This document shows, piece after piece, positions 1 to 7,098 of a stretch of 13,435 bases of DNA. Made by a program: the position numbers and the translations under genes. The notes under the pieces were generated by a model. That model ran no database searches, was not told the DNA's origin, and saw nothing but the letters and a program-made list of their open reading frames with translations. Every line of letters begins with the position of its first letter. Position 1 is the stretch's first letter. This stretch comes from Conexivisphaerales archaeon (GTDB lineage Archaea; Thermoproteota; Nitrososphaeria; Conexivisphaerales; DTJL01), in NCBI GenBank assembly GCA_049509455.1, contig JBEKZX010000037.1, forward strand, positions 1 to 13,435, written 5' to 3'.

Positions 1-651
1 CACGGAGACTCCATCCAGCTGCAGCTGGATTAGCTCCATTGTTCCCATGGAGGCGAAGACGCCGACTGTCGAAGTGTACGATTCAAGGGCGAAGACCTCT
101 TGATCGCCCTTCTTGAAAGAATCAGAGCTGTCGGCCGAAATCGCGCCTTGGGAGCGGGTCCCGGTATCGACGTTCACCACGTCATACGCCCAGCTCCCTC
201 CGCTTCCATGTATCGAAAGGCTGACCGTGGCCCCCGGGGCCATCGTCGGCTCGCTATCATTGATCACCCAAGTGTAAGATTCCGATTGCGACCCCGTGCG
301 CGTGAAGAGCACGTATGCTCGCCAGGAGCTCATGCCGGGGTACAGGCCCGCCGCCACCTGCATTATGAGCCCCGACCCGGACATGACGGTCAGTATGGCG
401 TAGATGGCCTGGTCCGTCTCGGCGATCATAGGTAGCCTCACTAGCGCCGTGAGGTTGTCGCTTGTCTCCCATGCTACGTGCGAACCATCGGCGAGGGAAG
501 CGCCCTCGGGGACCGCCAGTCCCACCGCCCACGACCCGACTGCCGAGGTCGAATAGATCGAGGAAGCTACGGGCCTTACCGGCAACACGCCTGCGACCAA
601 GAACATGGCCACCACAAGGCAGGCTGCTGCGGAGCACCGCGTCAAGATCAT
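1..651 (-). CDS. Secreted/surface protein, 3'-partial (runs off the window); beta-rich, possibly a concanavalin-fold glutamic-peptidase-like protein
   Basis: Absent from the ORF track because there is no stop in the window. Manual translation from ATG 651 (alternative GTG 660) gives 217 uninterrupted codons: MILTRCSAAACLVVAMFLVAGVLPVRPVASS (signal-peptide-like), then ...LIMQVAAGLYPGMSSWRAYV...SYTWVINDS...WAYDVVNVDTG...QEVFALESYTS... It starts about 20 nt after the stop of 671..1180. Confidence 0.8.
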   Translation of the reverse strand, partial: MILTRCSAAACLVVAMFLVAGVLPVRPVASSIYSTSAVGSWAVGLAVPEGASLADGSHVAWETSDNLTALVRLPMIAETDQAIYAILTVMSGSGLIMQVAAGLYPGMSSWRAYVLFTRTGSQSESYTWVINDSEPTMAPGATVSLSIHGSGGSWAYDVVNVDTGTRSQGAISADSSDSFKKGDQEVFALESYTSTVGVFASMGTMELIQLQLDGVSV

Positions 652-670
652 TCCTGTCACTCGGGCGGGC

Positions 671-1180
671 TTAGGTCTCCCCAGCGTACCTTAGCCCAAG
701 GGACAGCATTATGATTAACGCACCCGCGCAGGCCGCCAGCGCCCCGAGGGTGACGGGCTGCACATATGGCGTCAGCAGGCTCTCGATGGACGACTCCGGA
801 AGGCGTGATATCGTGTTGGCGTATCCTCCCACATATCCCGCCCAGCCGAGAAGGAGGGAGGTGGCCGTGACCCCGGCGTAGTAGAGCCCGAGGCCAGCCA
901 TAAGGAGAGCGTCGAAGGCCGACCCGCGGGGCGCGTTTTCGATGGTATGAAGGAGCGCCGACATCCCTGCGAGGGCGCAGAACCCCGCCACCATATAGAG
1001 GACGTAGCCGAGCAGGAGCCATGTCCCTGGGCCACCGCCCACCAGGATCGGTTGGACGGATGAAAAGGGGCTTGCGGGGATAATCATCAGGACGGTCCAG
1101 ATGACGGCGCCCACCCCTGAGGACACTGCAGCCATCCTGAACCTGTAGGACCAGCTGACCTCCTTCTTGGCTGATGACAC
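671..1180 (-). CDS. Hypothetical integral membrane protein (about 4 TM helices)
   Basis: 169-aa ORF with a GTG start, four long hydrophobic stretches and a TATA-like box at the expected distance upstream. Confidence 0.8.
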   Translation of the reverse strand: MSSAKKEVSWSYRFRMAAVSSGVGAVIWTVLMIIPASPFSSVQPILVGGGPGTWLLLGYVLYMVAGFCALAGMSALLHTIENAPRGSAFDALLMAGLGLYYAGVTATSLLLGWAGYVGGYANTISRLPESSIESLLTPYVQPVTLGALAACAGALIIMLSLGLRYAGET

Positions 1181-1203
1181 GTAGTCTTTACGTCACGCTC
1201 GCC

Positions 1204-1210
1204 ATAAAAG
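1204..1210 (-). promoter_or_regulatory. Archaeal TATA box for 671..1180 (leaderless-type spacing)
   Basis: Minus-strand CTTTTAT lies 24-30 nt upstream of GTG 1180 in a GC-rich background. Confidence 0.55.
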
Positions 1211-1415
1211 CCTATTCCCGGCGCTCCTGCGTCATGCCTATGATTCTGTAGGGCCCAGCTTTGCACGCAGGATTAGGCCTCACTATCTCGGTCGCTGCGT
1301 GCGACGTAGTGACTGTCCTAAGGTTCAGGCGAAGCGCTGAGGCGGCTTTTCGCTAGCCTTTCGGTTCGATAGACATCCCTGATTCTAGTCCTTCAGTGCC
1401 CGCCAAGGGGGCTCT

Positions 1416-2648
1416 TCATGGAGCTGCTTCGGCGGCAGGAACCTGCGGTGCGAAGATCTTGAAGTAACGAACGCCCACGGTGAACATCAGCAGTCCCAAA
1501 GCCACAGCCCCCAGCACCGTGACCCATTCGGGCCAAGTGGGGATGTAGCTGGCCAGATGGATGCCGAACGTAGGCATGCTCCCTCCATCGATATAGTTGA
1601 GGGGGGGTGCGTCGCTGACGAGCTGGCCCATCATCGTAACGTCCCAGCGGTCCGCCACCAGCCCTACGACCACCATGGCCGCAGCCATTGTCAGCGCCTT
1701 GCCTGACCGGCGCAGCCGAGGCACCAGGAGGATGGCGGCAGGAGCGATGGCGCCGACTCCGAGCTCCAGCCCCAGGGATAGGTAGGGGTACGGAGTGTGA
1801 GACAGGGCCGCGAGAAGCGAGGCGGTCGTGGCCGAGGACCTCTCGATGTAGTAGTTCCAAACGTATAGGCCGATGTAGATGAGAAGCGATGCTCCCACCA
1901 CCTTCCCGAGGTCTGACAGCACCGAACGGGGGACCACCTCCCTATGCATGAACCTGGAGGTGACGACAGTGGCGAGGATGGTCATGGAGAGGCCCGCCGG
2001 GATGGCGGAAAGGAGGAACAGAAGCGGCATCAGCGCTGAGTTCCACAAGGGACGTGCGATGAGGACTCCGTAGAGCGCTCCCAGCGACGACTGGTGAAGG
2101 GTGGAGAAGACCACGCCGGCCGCGGCCAAGCCCGGCATGGCCCACTTAAGGCCTCTGGTGATCGATGAGAAGACGCGCGAGCGGCCCAGCCTGCCTGCTT
2201 CGGTGACGGTGGGGGCGAACTCTCCGACGAGCACGGCGGCGTAGAGGGAGACGCACCAGAATATCTCTAACAGCACGGAGCTGTTGTTCCAATACAGGAG
2301 CGGATACCAGAATCGGTCAGGGCGGCCGATATCGAGGACTAGCGTCAACATAGTGAGAGTATATCCGATCAGACCGACGAAGACGGCTGCGCGCGCCACC
2401 GGCCTGAACCGCCCAAGGCGGAAGACGTAGATGAGGGCTGAGACGGCGAAGGCACCAGCGCTCAGGGAGATGAAGGAGAGGTCAGCGGCGATCCAGACGC
2501 CCCAGACGACGGAGTTGCTCAACCCGGTGACCCCTAGTCCCTGCGTCACCACTATGTAGCCACCGTACAAGCCCGAAGCCACTAGGACGGAGAGGGAGCC
2601 CATCCAGAACAGGAGCTTGGTATCGCGGAAGGCGCCAGCGGACTTCAC
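1416..2648 (-). CDS. nrfD: NrfD/PsrC-family membrane anchor, 10-TM HybB/HmcC/QrcD type
   Basis: 410 aa with about 10 hydrophobic segments. Family motifs: W..DLSFISLSAGAF, LDIGRPDRF, SVLLEIFWC...Y, STLHQSSLG, DRWDV...G and Y.PTWPEW. Its GTG start overlaps the upstream stop (GTGA). Confidence 0.92.
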   Translation of the reverse strand: MKSAGAFRDTKLLFWMGSLSVLVASGLYGGYIVVTQGLGVTGLSNSVVWGVWIAADLSFISLSAGAFAVSALIYVFRLGRFRPVARAAVFVGLIGYTLTMLTLVLDIGRPDRFWYPLLYWNNSSVLLEIFWCVSLYAAVLVGEFAPTVTEAGRLGRSRVFSSITRGLKWAMPGLAAAGVVFSTLHQSSLGALYGVLIARPLWNSALMPLLFLLSAIPAGLSMTILATVVTSRFMHREVVPRSVLSDLGKVVGASLLIYIGLYVWNYYIERSSATTASLLAALSHTPYPYLSLGLELGVGAIAPAAILLVPRLRRSGKALTMAAAMVVVGLVADRWDVTMMGQLVSDAPPLNYIDGGSMPTFGIHLASYIPTWPEWVTVLGAVALGLLMFTVGVRYFKIFAPQVPAAEAAP

Positions 2649-3490
2649 TGCTGGCTCTCTCCTGGAGTGATATAGTACACGCGAGGCTTCGTATTGAGCT
2701 CGCTCTTCAGTTGTGTGGCCGAGTTGATGAAGGTCGAGACATCGCGGTCACCGAACTTCGGGCTGGAGACCTTCCCGCTGGCGATGTCACCGAAGAAGCG
2801 CGCCCCTGCGGGGCAGATATCCACGCATGCGGGGGTGGCTTCAGGATCCACCCCAGGGGTGAGACCCTTGGCCAGGCCGGAGTCCAGCCTCTGGTAGCAG
2901 AAGGTGCACTTCTCGACGACGCCCCTTGGCCTTCTTGGGACCTCCGGCTCGCCGAACTGAGGGACTGCCCAGTTCTTCCCTGTGGGGGTGGTCCAGTTGA
3001 AGTATCTGGCGCCGTAGGGACAGGCCGCCATGCAGTACCTGCATCCTATGCACTTCTCGTAGTCGATGACGACTATGCCGTCGGAGGCCCGCTTGTAGGT
3101 GGCGCCGACGGGGCAGGCGGCGACGCAGGGCGGGTTCTCGCACTGCATGCAAGGGCGAGGGAGGTAGACCTCCTCCTTGGCGCCGCCGACGGTTACGCGT
3201 TCAGTGTAGACGACGTTCCACGTGATGCTGTCGCTGGGGAAGTCGTTCGTAGCCTTGCAGGCCCACGTGCACTCGTTACATCCGACGCACTTTGTCTGGT
3301 CGATGAGGAGGGCCCACTGATGGGTGCCGCAGGAGACGGCGGCCTCGGCGCAGGCTGGTTTGGTCTGCACTTGGGCTGGCAGATGCTGTGTGAGGAACAG
3401 GTAGCCGGGGGGGAGGGACAGTGCGGCTATCCCGCCCGCTACCACCTTGACGAAGTATCTCCGTGAAAACCAATTCGCCTTTTCGACCAT
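2645..3490 (-). CDS. nrfC: Tat-exported 4x[4Fe-4S] electron-transfer subunit (NrfC/HybA/QrcC/DsrO family)
   Basis: Four cluster motifs: CVGCNECTWAC, CMQCENPPCVAACP, CIGCRYCMAACP and CTFC...ACVDICP. A twin-arginine signal SRRYFVK is followed by a hydrophobic stretch. The start is moved from 3586 to ATG 3490 (alternative 3496) because the extension covers the AT-rich promoter. Confidence 0.93.
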   Translation of the reverse strand: MVEKANWFSRRYFVKVVAGGIAALSLPPGYLFLTQHLPAQVQTKPACAEAAVSCGTHQWALLIDQTKCVGCNECTWACKATNDFPSDSITWNVVYTERVTVGGAKEEVYLPRPCMQCENPPCVAACPVGATYKRASDGIVVIDYEKCIGCRYCMAACPYGARYFNWTTPTGKNWAVPQFGEPEVPRRPRGVVEKCTFCYQRLDSGLAKGLTPGVDPEATPACVDICPAGARFFGDIASGKVSSPKFGDRDVSTFINSATQLKSELNTKPRVYYITPGESQQ

Positions 3491-3514
3491 AAACATTATA
3501 TCTGTAACCATATC

Positions 3515-3523
3515 ATATATATA
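3515..3523 (-). promoter_or_regulatory. TATA box of the nrfC-nrfD-like pair
   Basis: TATATATAT lies 25-33 nt upstream of ATG 3490, inside a strongly AT-rich patch (about 3490-3545). Confidence 0.65.
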
Positions 3524-3707
3524 GCTTGTCCATGAACTATAAGTGCCAACCGGATTTGGTACGGATCTACTACTTGCATTTATCACAGCCTGAGCGAGAG
3601 TCCGGCCGTTTAACGAGGTGGGGCTCGACTTTTGCGCCTACCGGTGATCAGCTTTGGCCCTGCCTCCCTCGTTGTTAAGAAAGCTCTCTCCCGAAGTGCA
3701 ATCCATG

Positions 3708-4256
3708 CTAACGAAGCTGGCCGGTGATCCTGCGAACTAGGTCTTCGGCTTGTTCGGGGAATCTGATGACCGGCATCCGACGGTATCTGTAGCCTTCTAT
3801 CAAGGTCGAAACGATACCGCTGATGCAGTCATAAGTCTTCGTGCTGGCGGGGATCAGGGAGTCCAGCTCAGCTTTCGTCTTGCAGGTTAGGATTCTGAAG
3901 GCCGAGGGCAGGTCCTGGGACATGACCCTGAACCCTTCTACAACCAAGAAGTCGAATCCATCATCAGCCATCTTCCTTGAGAGTTCGTTGAACTCCTCCT
4001 TTGGATCACCAGGAGGCCGGAGGAGAGCGATCTCCGATGGCGAGAAGCTCACGACCAGCCCAGCCCCCGCCTTGCGCATCCTGTAGGTGTCCTTGCCCTC
4101 CGAATCGATTGTAAACTCATGGTGGATGTGCTTCAACGCCCCGACCCTGAAGCCCATTTCGGTGAGACGCCTGACGATGTACTCGGCTACAGCGGTCTTT
4201 CCTGAGTTCTTCGTCCCTACCACGAATACCGTCTTCGTTGTCTCCACCCCACGCAT
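3708..4256 (-). CDS. mobB: Molybdopterin-guanine dinucleotide biosynthesis protein B
   Basis: P-loop VVGTKNSGKT, then ALKHIHH, GKDT...KAGA and FLVVEGFR, matching the MobB pattern. Probable start is ATG 4256 (track start 4268). Confidence 0.9.
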   Translation of the reverse strand: MRGVETTKTVFVVGTKNSGKTAVAEYIVRRLTEMGFRVGALKHIHHEFTIDSEGKDTYRMRKAGAGLVVSFSPSEIALLRPPGDPKEEFNELSRKMADDGFDFLVVEGFRVMSQDLPSAFRILTCKTKAELDSLIPASTKTYDCISGIVSTLIEGYRYRRMPVIRFPEQAEDLVRRITGQLR

Positions 4257-4293
4257 TCCGCGGCACAACTTGCCAGGCCGCCGGCTTCTCGCA

Positions 4294-4493
4294 CTATACC
4301 ACTCTCCAAGACTTCAGGTACTCCTCGAGAACGTTCCTCTCTCCGCGCCTGACGGTCTCGTCCAGGGTGAGGGCGCGACTCCCACAATCTTGGCGAGTTT
4401 CTTGACCCCGATGCGGCGAGGGACGTCGAAGTATCCGACGGCCAAGCCCCGACGGAGGACCTCCAGCTGTCGGGAGGTCATTCGCCCATTCAC
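4294..4493 (-). pseudogene. Minimal Bat-type HTH (HTH_10) regulator with a 1-nt frameshift
   Basis: MTSRQLEVLRRGLAVGYFDVPRRIGVKKLAKIVGVAPS continues in another frame as TLDETVRRGERNVLEEYLKSWRVV* (TAG 4294-4296). One base is missing between 4369 and 4368. The restored product is 62 aa from ATG 4481 and fits the HTH_10 pattern LT.RQ......GYF..PR......LA..LG...ST....LRR.E. Could be a sequencing error. Confidence 0.8.
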
Positions 4494-4705
4494 TTCGCCC
4501 TCTTCTTGAGCATGGTGCGCCATGCGAATACCGTGATTAGGAGAGACAGCGCAATCGCTACAAAGACGAAAGCAGTGGCTATCCCTACATATATTCCGAC
4601 GGTCTTGACACGACCTCGGCTGTACATATTCATGAGTCTCCAAAGAAAGTACCACAGCGCGCAGGGCCCAAAGAACCCAGCCAGAATCGTTATCCACTTG
4701 TTCAC
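4490..4705 (-). CDS. Small 2-TM membrane protein
   Basis: 71 aa with two hydrophobic segments and a basic tail (KKRAK). Its TGA overlaps the in-frame GTG (4493) of the HTH gene. Confidence 0.55.
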   Translation of the reverse strand: MNKWITILAGFFGPCALWYFLWRLMNMYSRGRVKTVGIYVGIATAFVFVAIALSLLITVFAWRTMLKKRAK

Positions 4706-4721
4706 GTAGTCTCAACCTGTC

Positions 4722-4901
4722 CTATACGGCGTCATGCGTGCTGCGGATGATGGCGTAGGCGCAGGGCTGCAAGTAATGGGATTTCCTGAAGCCATATTTC
4801 AGGTCGGTGATCCAGGAGTCCACCTCAGGGCCTCTCCGCCTAACTGCCGCCAAGTCCGTGCGTCCGCGGAGAGCACTGCCTTTCTTGTATGGACAATTCC
4901 A
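4722..4901 (-). pseudogene. Relic of a PD-(D/E)XK (RecB/Cas4-like) nuclease core
   Basis: Start-less open frame between TGA 4902-4904 and TAG 4722-4724: WNCPYKKGSALRGRTDLAAVRRRGPEVDSWITDLKYGFRKSHYLQPCAYAIIRSTHDAV*. It shows G-x-x-D, D-x-K-x-G and Q-x-x-x-Y-A in the correct order. Confidence 0.6.
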
Positions 4902-5217
4902 TCAACTCATTACCCATGCCTTGAAGGTTAGGCTGGCCTTCTTATGAACTTGAACGTAACATCCCGTGTCCCTATCCCGGCTAGAACCCAAGGCGCAGGT
5001 CGGCTGAGAGGGACTGTTTAATCCTCAAACATGGCAAGTAGCATAAACTCTCCTAGCTTCTATGTGGCGTTAAGGCTCAGAGGAACCTTCATGAAGCAGG
5101 CGGAAACACTTGGCTCCGGTCATCAGAGACCGATGAGGGGAAGCCGCATCTAGCGTTCGGGGAAGCCCCCGCAGGCTTGGGCCTAAGAAGGTACTAAGAT
5201 AGAACGTCGATTGTGCG

Positions 5218-6231
5218 CTAGACTACAACAGCTCCGCAGGAGCCGCAGAACTTGGCACCCGGCTTCAAGGGCTTCCCGCAGGTCGTGCAGAAGGTGCCGT
5301 CGGCCGGCCCCGTAGTGGCTGGTGGCGGAGAGGACGGAGGCTGGGCCGGGGCTGCCGTCTTAGTGAAATCGAAGCCGCAGTTAGGGCAGAACTTGCTGCC
5401 CGCCTGAACTTGGCTTTTGCAGTTCGGGCACACCACCATGGCCATCCCTCCACCGTACCCCTGCTGTCCGAACATCTGAGGGAGGATGACCGCTCCCGCT
5501 CCTATGGCTGCGCCTCCTCCTCCGCTCTTGCCCAGGTCTTCGGCCACCTTGCTCACCGTCTGCATCCTCAGGGTCTCGGCAGCCGTCACTCCCTGCTTGA
5601 TGTAGTAGATCCTGTCCCTCCACTCCGGCGGAGTGTCGATGGCTTCAAACCGAAGGTCGATGAGCTCCAGGCCGACACGTTTGAAGAAGTCGCCTATCGA
5701 GGTCTTGACCTTAAAGCTGGTGTCGTCAAGCTGCGTGTACACCGTGGCCAGGTCGTAGTGGCTGAGGTCGCTGATGATCTTCTCGTTGACGAAACCGCGG
5801 AGATAATCGCTCACCTGTTCCGTCGTGTAGGCGGACTGGCCGCCCACGATTTCGTTGACGAAGAGGTTCGGGTCGCTCACCCTCAGGTAGTACCTTCCCC
5901 TCGACTGCAGCGGGGCCAGCTCCGAGGACTGCGCCTGCAATCCGAAGAGTCCCTGGAACTGCTTCAGCCCGACGTAGATAACGGTGGCCTTGAAGGGGGT
6001 CTGGTTGAACCCAGTGATCTTGGTAAAGAGCTTGGTCAGGAGAGGGAGGTTATCAGTCGTGAGCGTATGCCTTCCCGCGTTGAACACGTCGTACGCCTTT
6101 CCGTCCCTGAGGAAGACAGCCGCCTCGAACTCCTTGACGACCAGCTGGGCACCCCAAGTGATGTCTTCGATGGGGTACCTCCACACGATGTCGTTATCGC
6201 CCGGCGTCACCCATTCGATAACTTGTGGCAT
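5218..6231 (-). CDS. SPFH/Band-7-like protein (YdjI / 'virion core protein' type) with two C-terminal double-zinc-ribbon units
   Basis: N-terminus IEW...DIVWRYP.EDI.WGAQLVVKEFEAAVFLRDGKAYDVF..GRHTL.T.NLP.L is typical of YdjI-like proteins. The C-terminus has CPNC..FCPNCG, a Pro-rich linker and CTTC..FCGSCG. SD-like GAGGTG lies upstream. Confidence 0.9.
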   Translation of the reverse strand: MPQVIEWVTPGDNDIVWRYPIEDITWGAQLVVKEFEAAVFLRDGKAYDVFNAGRHTLTTDNLPLLTKLFTKITGFNQTPFKATVIYVGLKQFQGLFGLQAQSSELAPLQSRGRYYLRVSDPNLFVNEIVGGQSAYTTEQVSDYLRGFVNEKIISDLSHYDLATVYTQLDDTSFKVKTSIGDFFKRVGLELIDLRFEAIDTPPEWRDRIYYIKQGVTAAETLRMQTVSKVAEDLGKSGGGGAAIGAGAVILPQMFGQQGYGGGMAMVVCPNCKSQVQAGSKFCPNCGFDFTKTAAPAQPPSSPPPATTGPADGTFCTTCGKPLKPGAKFCGSCGAVVV

Positions 6232-6244
6232 ATTTCGAACACCT

Positions 6245-6760
6245 CTACGGATTCTTCAGGAGGGCCTCCCTGTCCTCCAGTACCCCTTCGACCTTCTGAA
6301 TTCCGTCTAGCACGGCCGAAGAGCCTGCTCTGAACGCTTCCACGGTCGGCGAGGCGACGTCCAAGGCCTTGCATGAGTTGAAGAGCCCCTGGGAGGCTTC
6401 GACGAGGCTTCCGTCGAGCTCGACCAGCTTGTCCAGCTTCCCTTCAACTACCTTCACCGCGTCGAATATCCCCGCGTAGCCTGCCACGGCCCTGGCCGTC
6501 CTCTCGCGAATCGTGTCCAGGCGAGCCATTATCGAATCTGCAGAGTCCCTGTCCGGAGCCGGCAGGGCGAGCGACGCCAAAGGGCGTCGATACTCGTCCA
6601 GCGCCTTGGCCAGGAAGCCGGCGGCCGTCGACCTGACAAGCCTGTCCGTCTCCCTGCGGATCTCCTTCTCCTTGTAGCCTCGATAACCCGGTATGTAGGT
6701 GGCTATCTTCTGGAGAAGGCCCATCTGGTCCTTCACTTGTTGAACGTCGTCACTCATCAT
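6245..6760 (-). CDS. Conserved-looking all-helical hypothetical protein
   Basis: 171 aa, amphipathic/coiled-coil pattern, no TM. Motif-like segments IPGYRGYKEKEIRRETDRLVR and GYAGIFDAVKV. ATGA overlap with the upstream stop and an SD GGAGGT. Confidence 0.85.
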   Translation of the reverse strand: MMSDDVQQVKDQMGLLQKIATYIPGYRGYKEKEIRRETDRLVRSTAAGFLAKALDEYRRPLASLALPAPDRDSADSIMARLDTIRERTARAVAGYAGIFDAVKVVEGKLDKLVELDGSLVEASQGLFNSCKALDVASPTVEAFRAGSSAVLDGIQKVEGVLEDREALLKNP

Positions 6761-7092
6761 TTCTTACCTCCATACGCTTCTCCGTACAGGACAAAGAGCC
6801 CGATTAAAACCATTGCTACACCTACGACGATTACTATCAGGAACCTGCCCAAGGTCGGGTAGCCTAGGAATACCACGCCCACCAGCGCAAGGATGGAGCC
6901 CCAGACCATCCTGAACCTCTTGGACGAGGTGTCGGCGTTCACCACCAGGCCATGGCCGGCATAGATGGAGCCGTCGACTACGAAGATGATGCCTACAAGC
7001 TCAACGGGGTCGATGTACTTGAACGCCAGAGCGAACAGCAGGAAGCCTGCAAGGAAAAGGGTGATGGCTCCCAGCAAGACCTTGAACTCCAA
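6757..7092 (-). CDS. Small multi-pass membrane protein, HdeD/DUF308-like
   Basis: 111 aa with about 4 hydrophobic Gly-rich helices. TTG start preceded by GGAGG. The family call rests on pattern only. Confidence 0.75.
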   Translation of the reverse strand: MEFKVLLGAITLFLAGFLLFALAFKYIDPVELVGIIFVVDGSIYAGHGLVVNADTSSKRFRMVWGSILALVGVVFLGYPTLGRFLIVIVVGVAMVLIGLFVLYGEAYGGKK

Positions 7093-7098
7093 ACCAAT

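Noticed and set aside
100-714. Track ORFs 100..435, 257..637, 462..674 and 478..714
   Set aside because: All are alternative frames over the better-supported unlisted 1..651 minus-strand gene.
2711-3466. 251-aa plus-strand ORF
   Set aside because: Antisense shadow of the 4Fe-4S gene.
4314-4715. 133-aa ORF taken as an intact regulator
   Set aside because: Its N-terminal part overlaps the 71-aa membrane gene out of frame, and its C-terminus is frameshift read-through.
4902-4904. In-frame TGA upstream of the nuclease relic as possible selenocysteine recoding
   Set aside because: No selenoprotein family context, and the upstream frame shows no convincing nuclease motif; decay is simpler.
5137-5178. 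GGGGAAGCC direct repeat (5137, 5159) and a short AAGCC/GGCTT stem after the SPFH gene
   Set aside because: Only two short copies in GC-rich sequence; not enough for a CRISPR array or ncRNA call.
5410-6333. 307-aa plus-strand ORF
   Set aside because: Antisense shadow of the SPFH gene in GC-rich DNA, with no recognisable motifs.
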